NCBI GenBank assembly: GCA_051251915.1
Contig: JBPOGF010000001.1
Span: 320,001-384,000 of the forward strand
Length of the DNA stretch: 64,000 nt
Origin: Akkermansiaceae bacterium
Lineage (GTDB): Bacteria; Verrucomicrobiota; Verrucomicrobiia; Verrucomicrobiales; Akkermansiaceae
Direction: 5' to 3'
In this document: in pieces, positions 53,931 to 61,200 of the stretch
Position numbering within the stretch: the stretch's first letter is position 1
Layout of the letters: the number at the start of each line of letters is the position of its first letter
Notes under the pieces: model-generated
The model's database searches: none
The model's input: only the letters and a program-made list of their open reading frames with translations
What the model was told of the DNA's origin: nothing
Translations under genes and position numbers: made by a program

Positions 53931-56900
53931 ATGAAAGATAAGAATGATAATGAGATTGGGGTTTGGAATGATCCGGAGTTGGAGGCGCGCCTGGTGGCGA
54001 TGCTGATGGGGGAGCTTAGTGCTTATGAGGAGGCGGAGATGGAGGAGGAGCTGAAAGGGAGTCCTGAGTTAAGGTTTTTTAGGGATCGGATGGAGGAGGT
54101 GATGGGGTTGATTTCTGAGGTGGGGGAGCAGGTTGAGGATGAGGGTGGCGATGATGAGTGGAAGATGGATGGTGAGCGTAGGGGGGGACTGTTAGAGAAA
54201 ATTTCTAGTGAGGAAGCTGTGGAGGCTGAGAGGGTGGAGGTTGTGGGTGGAGGTGTGCAGTGGAGGAATTTGCTTAGTGTGGCTGCGTGTTTGTTGATAT
54301 CGGTAGGGGCGTTTGTGATGATGTTTTTGAGGCGGGGTGAGGTGTATAGGAATCAGGAGGAGTTGATTACTTATTCTGTCTTTTCAGAGGAGGAAGAGGA
54401 AATAGTGAAGCCTGTGCTGGGTGAAAATGCTTGGGCTTTTAGTCAGAGTAAGGAGAAGGAAGATTTGGTAGCGACGCGAGAAGTTAAAGGAAAGAGGCGT
54501 GAGTTTCTCTATCCTACTGAGTATGAATTTGATGAAGAAAAGATTACTAAACCTGAGATGAGTAATGAGGCTCCGCAGAGGCCTAGTGCACCTGGGTCTA
54601 GTATGGCTAAGGTTATAGCTGCGAGTCCAGGTGCTGCTGTGAATATTCCGGTTCCAGATGAAATGGTGGGTGAGCCTAGTTTGGGGTTTGGGGATGGGGG
54701 TGATTTTGGTGATGGTTGGGGTGGTTTTTCTGGTGGGGGATCAAAGGGACGTGAGGAAGGGAAGCAGTTAGGGATGTTAACAAAATACTCTGAAATTAAG
54801 CAGTCTAATACTGATGAGTTGGGGTTTGATTGGGTAGTTGAGCCATTTAATGCGAATTCAACGAGACGAGAGGCGTGGAGTGGTTCTTTGGAGAAGGACG
54901 GTATGGCTAAGAGTGGAGGCTTACTTTCGGTGACTGGTGTTTTTAAGACAGATAAGCTAGATTTAAAAAATACGGATAGTTACGCAGCCTGGGATGGTGG
55001 TGAATTTAATAAGTCTAATATAGTTGCTGGGGGGAATCGATCTGGTGATTATGCAATTAATGGAGCTGATATTGATGGTGTTCTTAATGGAATAGTGACG
55101 GGTGGAGCTACATTAGATTTGGCTGAAAGGTATTCGGGTGGTAAAGATGATTCTAGGAAGTTAAGTTTGGGGTCGTTTCCTAAAACTCTAGATAACTTAG
55201 ATGGCGGGAAGGGAAAACTTTTTCGATCTGGAGGTTTAGATGATAAGGATGAGTTAGCGAAGATTGATTATAAACGTACTAGGATGCTTATGAATGTGGA
55301 TGCCTTTGGTATTAATGAGGCTAAGGACTCATCACTACTAGTTCGTGAGAAGTTGGCGGATATTAAGTTGCCTTTGATGGAATTTGATGAGGATGCGACG
55401 GTGAAGGATGCGATTAATTTTCTTAGTTCACGGGCGAAGGAGTTAGATGGTAATACGTTAGATCCTAGTAAGAAGGGGATGGATTTTGCTTTTCGTGATG
55501 CTGCTGAGGTTGATGGGGGTGAGTTGGTAGAGGCTGGGAAGATTGAGGATATTAAGCTTGGTGGGTTGAAGATAAGGGATGTTCCTATGGATGAGGCTTT
55601 GAGGCAGATAGCTCAACAGACTGGTCTGCGTTATAAGGTGGAGGAAGGGGTGGTGACGTTGTTAAAGGCTACTGATGTGGATGATAATGAGATGTATGCG
55701 AGGACGTTTAGGGTTCCTGAGGGTATGGTGGATGCTCTGAAAGCTACTATGGACGACGGAGCAGGGTTAGATGATGATCCATTTGCAGGTGAAGATATTT
55801 CTCTTGAAAAGGCGAGTGTTAAAGATCTGTTAGAGATGCAAGGGATCAGGTTTCCTGAGGGGACGACTGTTGGGTATAGTAAGGATAGGGGGACGTTGAC
55901 TGTTAGAAATACGGCTGAAGGTTTGGATCAGGTAGAGGAATTAGTGGAAATGGTTAAGAAGGAGGAGCAAGGTAAGGTGTTGTATGGATTTGAGGTCAAA
56001 GATGCTAGTGCCTTGTTGCCAAGTTTGGATGTGGAGGGGAAAGGAAAGGTTGCTGAACAGGGAAATGATGTTTGGGAGGAGGCTATTCCGGCTGTGGAGG
56101 AGAAGAAGTATTATTTTGGTAGGAAAACTAATGCGCTACGAGTTGGGGGGGGAGATGCTCCGGAGGTGATGTTGACTAAAGAAGAGTATGATGCTCGGAG
56201 GTTGGCGGCGATTGAGGAATTTAAGGAGAAGAGAAGGGAGCAGGAGGATAAGGTGGAGGATCATAGGACTCGGTTGTATGCGCTGAGTAAGAAGTTGCAG
56301 ATTCCTTATCATGGGAAGGATGGGAGGTTTTTTGCTGGGAGAGGAGATAGGGATGCTAGGGAGTATGATAGGGCGGATCAGGCTTATGAGGAGGCTAAGC
56401 GGACTAAGGATCAGTTAGAGTCATTTACGGAGTCTTTGGAGGGCTTGAGTGGTGAGGACTTGGCTGTGACTTTGATGGCATCTGGGAGACCTGAGGCGGC
56501 GGTTTTGAGGGCTGATTATGATGAAATTTCTAGATTGAAGCAGGCTAAGAGTGTGGCTGTAGCTGGTGGATTAGCGACGGGTCATGATAGAGTTCAGAGT
56601 CTTGATGCTAATATTAAGGAGGTAGAGGAGCGGCTTGAGAGAAGTCAGGTCAATGTGAGGAAGAAGCTGAAAGAGGATCTTGTTGTGTTTGGGAAGAATG
56701 TTGAGAAGTTACGGATTGATAGTGATAAGGAGGTTGGTGACTTGATGGTTGGTGCGGAGGAGAAGACTCGGTTTGGGAAGGTGAGGGAGGATTATGAGCG
56801 TGAGTTGGCTGTTTTGGAGGCGATTAAAGGGGCTGAGTTTAATGAGCTGCTTGGTGAGAATTTAGATAGGTATCCGGTTGAAGTAGAGAAGAAGGTTGAT

Positions 56901-58238
56901 CCGGATTTTAGTAAGGAGATTTCTGCTGCTGTGCAGACGCATTCTACGTTTTCTTTGAATGTGAGTGATGTGAGTTATCAGTTGGCTAAGGATGTTTTGT
57001 TAGAGAAGGGTGGGATACCTGATGGGGATAAGGTGAGGGTGGAGGAGTTTGTGAATGCGTTTGATTATGGTGATCCGGGGGTTTCTAGTGCGAGTGGTAG
57101 TGGAGGGAAGGTGAATTGTGTGGTGGAGCAGTGTGCGCATCCGTTTTATCAGCAGCGGAATTTGGTGAGGCTGGGGGTAAAGACTGGGGCTATTGGGCGG
57201 TCGCTGCCGTTGAGGTTGACTGTTTTGTTAGATAATTCAGGGTCGATGGAGAGGGCTGATAGGAAGGCGACTGTGCTGAAGGCTGTGGAGGCGTTGGCTC
57301 GTGAGTTGGGGCCTGAGGATGAGGTGACATTGTTGAGTTTTGCGCGTGGTGCTAGGTTGGTGGCGCAGCGGGTGAAGGGTGATGAGGCGATGAAGTTGGT
57401 GGGGCTTGTTAGGGGGATTCCGTCTGAGGGTGGGACGAATTTGAGTAGGTCTATTGAGGAGGCTTATGCGATTGCTAAGGAGGGTGTGAAGGAGGGGAGT
57501 ATGAGTAGGATTGTGTTGATTACTGATGGGGCGGCGAATTTGGGGAATGCGGATCCGGAGGAGTTGTCTAAGAGTGTGGAGCGGATGCGACAGCAGGGGA
57601 TAGCGTTTGATGCTTGTGGTGTGGGGGCTGATGGTCTGGATGATGATATGCTGGAGGCGCTGACGCGTAAGGGTGACGGGAGGTATTATTTTATTAATAA
57701 GCCTGAGGATGCTGATGCGGGGTTTGCGCAGAAGTTGGCTGGGGCTTTACGTCCGGCGGCACAGAATGTGAAGGTGCAGGTGGTGTTTAATCCGGAGCGT
57801 GTGGGGAATTATCGGTTGGTGGGATTTGAGAAACATAGGCTGAAGAAGCAGGACTTTAGGAATGATGCTGTGGATGCGGCGGAGATGGCTGCTGAGGAGG
57901 CTGGGAATGCGTTGTATCAGGTGGAGGCGCGGGCTGATGGGAGTGGTGATGTAGGGACTGTGTTTGTGAGGTTTAGGGATATGGCTAGTGGGGAGATGGT
58001 GGAGCGTAGCTGGGTGATTCCTTATGAGGGGAATGCGGCGAGTGTGAGTGATGCGGCGGCTTCGATGCAGTTGGCGGCGGTGGCTGGGATGCTGGGTGAG
58101 CGGTTGAAGTTTGGCGCTGATGCGGGGATAGATTTGAAGGATATGCGGGATATTTATGGGAAGCTTAGGGGGAATTTCCAGGCTGATGAGGAGGTGCAGA
58201 ATTTAATTAGAATGTGTGAGAAGGTTATTGGTTATTAG
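53931..58238 (+). CDS. Membrane-anchored anti-sigma-like protein with mosaic middle region and C-terminal YfbK-like VWA/DUF3520 module
   Basis: N-terminal anti-sigma-like helix (LVAMLMGELSAYEEAEMEEEL) and TM; C-terminal STFSLNVSDVSY, VRVEEFVNAFDY, MIDAS DNSGSM, GGTN, LITDGAAN, VVFNPERV..YRLVGFE, DFRNDAVDAAE. Confidence 0.85.
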   Translation: MKDKNDNEIGVWNDPELEARLVAMLMGELSAYEEAEMEEELKGSPELRFFRDRMEEVMGLISEVGEQVEDEGGDDEWKMDGERRGGLLEKISSEEAVEAERVEVVGGGVQWRNLLSVAACLLISVGAFVMMFLRRGEVYRNQEELITYSVFSEEEEEIVKPVLGENAWAFSQSKEKEDLVATREVKGKRREFLYPTEYEFDEEKITKPEMSNEAPQRPSAPGSSMAKVIAASPGAAVNIPVPDEMVGEPSLGFGDGGDFGDGWGGFSGGGSKGREEGKQLGMLTKYSEIKQSNTDELGFDWVVEPFNANSTRREAWSGSLEKDGMAKSGGLLSVTGVFKTDKLDLKNTDSYAAWDGGEFNKSNIVAGGNRSGDYAINGADIDGVLNGIVTGGATLDLAERYSGGKDDSRKLSLGSFPKTLDNLDGGKGKLFRSGGLDDKDELAKIDYKRTRMLMNVDAFGINEAKDSSLLVREKLADIKLPLMEFDEDATVKDAINFLSSRAKELDGNTLDPSKKGMDFAFRDAAEVDGGELVEAGKIEDIKLGGLKIRDVPMDEALRQIAQQTGLRYKVEEGVVTLLKATDVDDNEMYARTFRVPEGMVDALKATMDDGAGLDDDPFAGEDISLEKASVKDLLEMQGIRFPEGTTVGYSKDRGTLTVRNTAEGLDQVEELVEMVKKEEQGKVLYGFEVKDASALLPSLDVEGKGKVAEQGNDVWEEAIPAVEEKKYYFGRKTNALRVGGGDAPEVMLTKEEYDARRLAAIEEFKEKRREQEDKVEDHRTRLYALSKKLQIPYHGKDGRFFAGRGDRDAREYDRADQAYEEAKRTKDQLESFTESLEGLSGEDLAVTLMASGRPEAAVLRADYDEISRLKQAKSVAVAGGLATGHDRVQSLDANIKEVEERLERSQVNVRKKLKEDLVVFGKNVEKLRIDSDKEVGDLMVGAEEKTRFGKVREDYERELAVLEAIKGAEFNELLGENLDRYPVEVEKKVDPDFSKEISAAVQTHSTFSLNVSDVSYQLAKDVLLEKGGIPDGDKVRVEEFVNAFDYGDPGVSSASGSGGKVNCVVEQCAHPFYQQRNLVRLGVKTGAIGRSLPLRLTVLLDNSGSMERADRKATVLKAVEALARELGPEDEVTLLSFARGARLVAQRVKGDEAMKLVGLVRGIPSEGGTNLSRSIEEAYAIAKEGVKEGSMSRIVLITDGAANLGNADPEELSKSVERMRQQGIAFDACGVGADGLDDDMLEALTRKGDGRYYFINKPEDADAGFAQKLAGALRPAAQNVKVQVVFNPERVGNYRLVGFEKHRLKKQDFRNDAVDAAEMAAEEAGNALYQVEARADGSGDVGTVFVRFRDMASGEMVERSWVIPYEGNAASVSDAAASMQLAAVAGMLGERLKFGADAGIDLKDMRDIYGKLRGNFQADEEVQNLIRMCEKVIGY

Positions 58239-58251
58239 TTATTGGTTATTA
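58224..58251. repeat. 7-bp-period tandem repeat over the VWA stop codon
   Basis: GTTATTG GTTATTA GTTATTG GTTATTA. Confidence 0.75.
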
Positions 58252-58271
58252 GTGAATAGAGAAATTATATT

Positions 58272-61200
58272 ATGAAGATGAAAATGAAATTTGTGGGTGT
58301 TGTTGTTGGGCTTGTGATGAGTTTATTTGGTGGGGCGTTAGGGCAGGTTGCTCAGGATGAGGTGAAGGCTACTTTGCGGGCTGGTGGTGATGGGGGTGGT
58401 GGGGCTTTGATAGTGGAGGCGCGAGGGGTGCCGGCTAAGGCTCCGTTGTTTTTTACGGCTAGTTCTGAGCAGGTGGTGACGGTGACTTCGGATGCTGTTA
58501 GGCAGAGTGTTTCTTTGCATTATAAGAAGTTGCAGGGGGAGGATGAGGTGATGAGCTTGGTGTTGAATCATAAGGTGGATGTTAAGTCTGTTAGAGGGAA
58601 GGGGCTGAAGGAGTGGTCTGTGAGAGAGGTGGATGGGGTGCATTATTTGGATGTTAGGATGACAAATCCTAAGGCTGAGGAGCTGAAGTTGGTGATGGAG
58701 GCGGAGTTGTTGTTAGATGGTGGGGAGACGAAGCCTGTGGTGCGTTTGATGACTTTGGGGATTCCAGAGGGTAATGGTGCGGGGTTTAGTGAGGCGATTA
58801 CGATTATTAAGAAGGGTGTGCAGGTGAATGTGACGAAGGCATTTGGGTGTGTGGCGGCTAAGCCTTTGTTGCCGAATTCGATTGTGTTTCTGAGTAATGA
58901 GGAGGCGGATATAGAGTTGAGTATTCTGAAGTATGAGGGGGATTATGCGGGGATAGATCTGAGGGGTGTTTCTCTGAAGGGGAGGGTGGATGCTGATGGG
59001 GAGTCTGCGGTTGTTAGGCTTCGTGGTGAGCTGCATGTTAGGGAGGTGAGTGAGGAGCCGTTTTACCTGTTGAGGGGGAAGGTGGCGTTGACTCGTGTGC
59101 CGGAGGTGGGTTTATTTGGGGGGAAGTTAGAGATTAGGAGTGGTAAGACGGGGATGCATTATGGGGTTGTTTGTAAGCGGGTGGGGGTATATCCGATTGA
59201 TTTGGAGTTTGCGGTTCCTATAAGTAGTGGGACTGGGTGGGATACGATGAACTTTGTGGTGCCGAATGGGGCGGTGGTTCCTTTGGAGATTTCGGAGTTG
59301 GATGGGGAGATTGAGTTTCGTGATGACCGGTCTACGAATATGGATTTTAAGGATGAATTGTCATTGTGGCGGGGTGTGTTACCGGCTTCTGGGTTGTGTG
59401 ATTTGCAGTGGAGGACTAAGTCTAGGGCGGGTGATGGGGAGTTGTTTTATACGTCACATGGGGTTTCTGAGATTAGTATTGGTTCTGGGTTGATGCATGC
59501 GGTTTCTACGGTGACGTTTAAGGTGCTGCAGGGGAAGATGGGTAAGGTGGAATTTGATATGGCTGGGGCTGGTGAGGTGGTGTCTGTGGTGGGGTCTCAG
59601 GTGGGGAGCTGGAAGGTGACTGAGGTTGCTGGAAAGCGGGTGTTGGAGTGTGAGTTGAAGGCTGAGACCAGTGATGTGAGTTATGTGCGGGTGGCTTCTC
59701 AGCTTCCTTTGGGGAAATTTCCTACTAAGGTGGAGCCTCTGAGTCTGACTCCGCGTGGGACGATGCGGCATTCTGGTTTTGTGAGAGTTTCTAACAGTGG
59801 GGCTGTGAGGGTGGAGACTAGTGTGACTGAGGGGCTGATGCAGCTGTCGCCGGATAAGTTTCCTAGTAGTGGAGCTAAGGTTAAGGGGAGTCAGCAGTTT
59901 GTGTATCGTTATCCTTCTGCGGATAGGAGGCTGATAGTGTCGGCGGATCAGATTATTTCTGAGGTGTCGGTGAGTCATATTACGACTTATGAGATGAGTG
60001 AGACGGATAGGGTGATAGAGGCTGATGTGGAGATAGATATTAGTGAGGCGAGGTTACGGGAGTGGAGTTTTATGATTCCGGCTGAGTATTCGGTTTCTGG
60101 GGTGAGTAGTGCGAATATGGTGGATCATGTGGTGAGTACGACGGTGGAGAATGGGATGAGGTCGTTGAAGGTTTTGTTTGGTGGTGAGGTTATTGGGCGT
60201 CAGTTGATACGGGTTCGTTTAGAGAAGAATATGAGTGCGGCTGAGGGTGAGTGGAGTTTGCCGGTGTTGGCGTTTCCTGGGGTGAAGAGTGTGCGTGGGG
60301 ATATTGGGATTTTGTCTGTTAGTGGGTGGAAGATGAAGCCGGTGGAGGGGTCTGTGGAGAGTCTGGATGAGCGTCCGTTGGCCTATTTTCCGAAGAGTAA
60401 TGCGGTGGGTGATAGGTTGCAGCATGCTTATAGGACAAGGTCTGGTGAGTGGGGTGTAAGGTTGGAGATTAGTGCGATGGGGCAGTCGATACAGAGTGAT
60501 TTGTTGCATTTGTATCATTTGAAGGAGGGGATTATGGAGGCGAAGGTTTTGGCTTATTATTTTGTGATAGGTGCGCCTGCGAATGAGTGGAAATTACAGC
60601 TTCCTGGGAGTGCTGAGAATGTGTCTGTGGAGGGGCAGAATGTGCGGACTTGGCATCAGGATGGGGAGGTTCTCATCGTGACGCTGAACCAGCCGGTGTT
60701 GGGTGGGGCTAAGCTGTTGGTGACTTATGAGGAGCCGATGAATGCTAGTGGGGGGAGGATCAATATAGGGTCTGTGACGCCGCTTGGGGTGCAGTCTGAG
60801 TCTGGGTATATTCATTTGGTAAGTAGTCATCAGGTGAAGGTGAGTGAGGTGGATAAGAGTGAGGGGTTGCTTAGGATTAGCCCGTTGGAGATGCCTTCTG
60901 AGCATCAGGTTTTGACTTCTGTTCCATCGGTGGAGGCTTGGCAGTATGCGAGTAGGCCGTTTGGGCTGTCGTTGACAGTGGAGACGTTGGAGTTGGTGAA
61001 ATCTCTGAGTCAGGCGGTGGGTGCGGCTTCGCTGAATACTAGGGTGACTAGTGCGGGTGAGGTGGTGACGAATGCTACGTTTTTGGTGAATACTAGAGGG
61101 AAGAAGGCGCTTAAGATGAAGTTGCCTGAGGGGAATAGGTTATGGACGGCGAAGGCTGATGGGGAGCTGATCAATGCGCGGATCGATGGTGATGAGTTGA

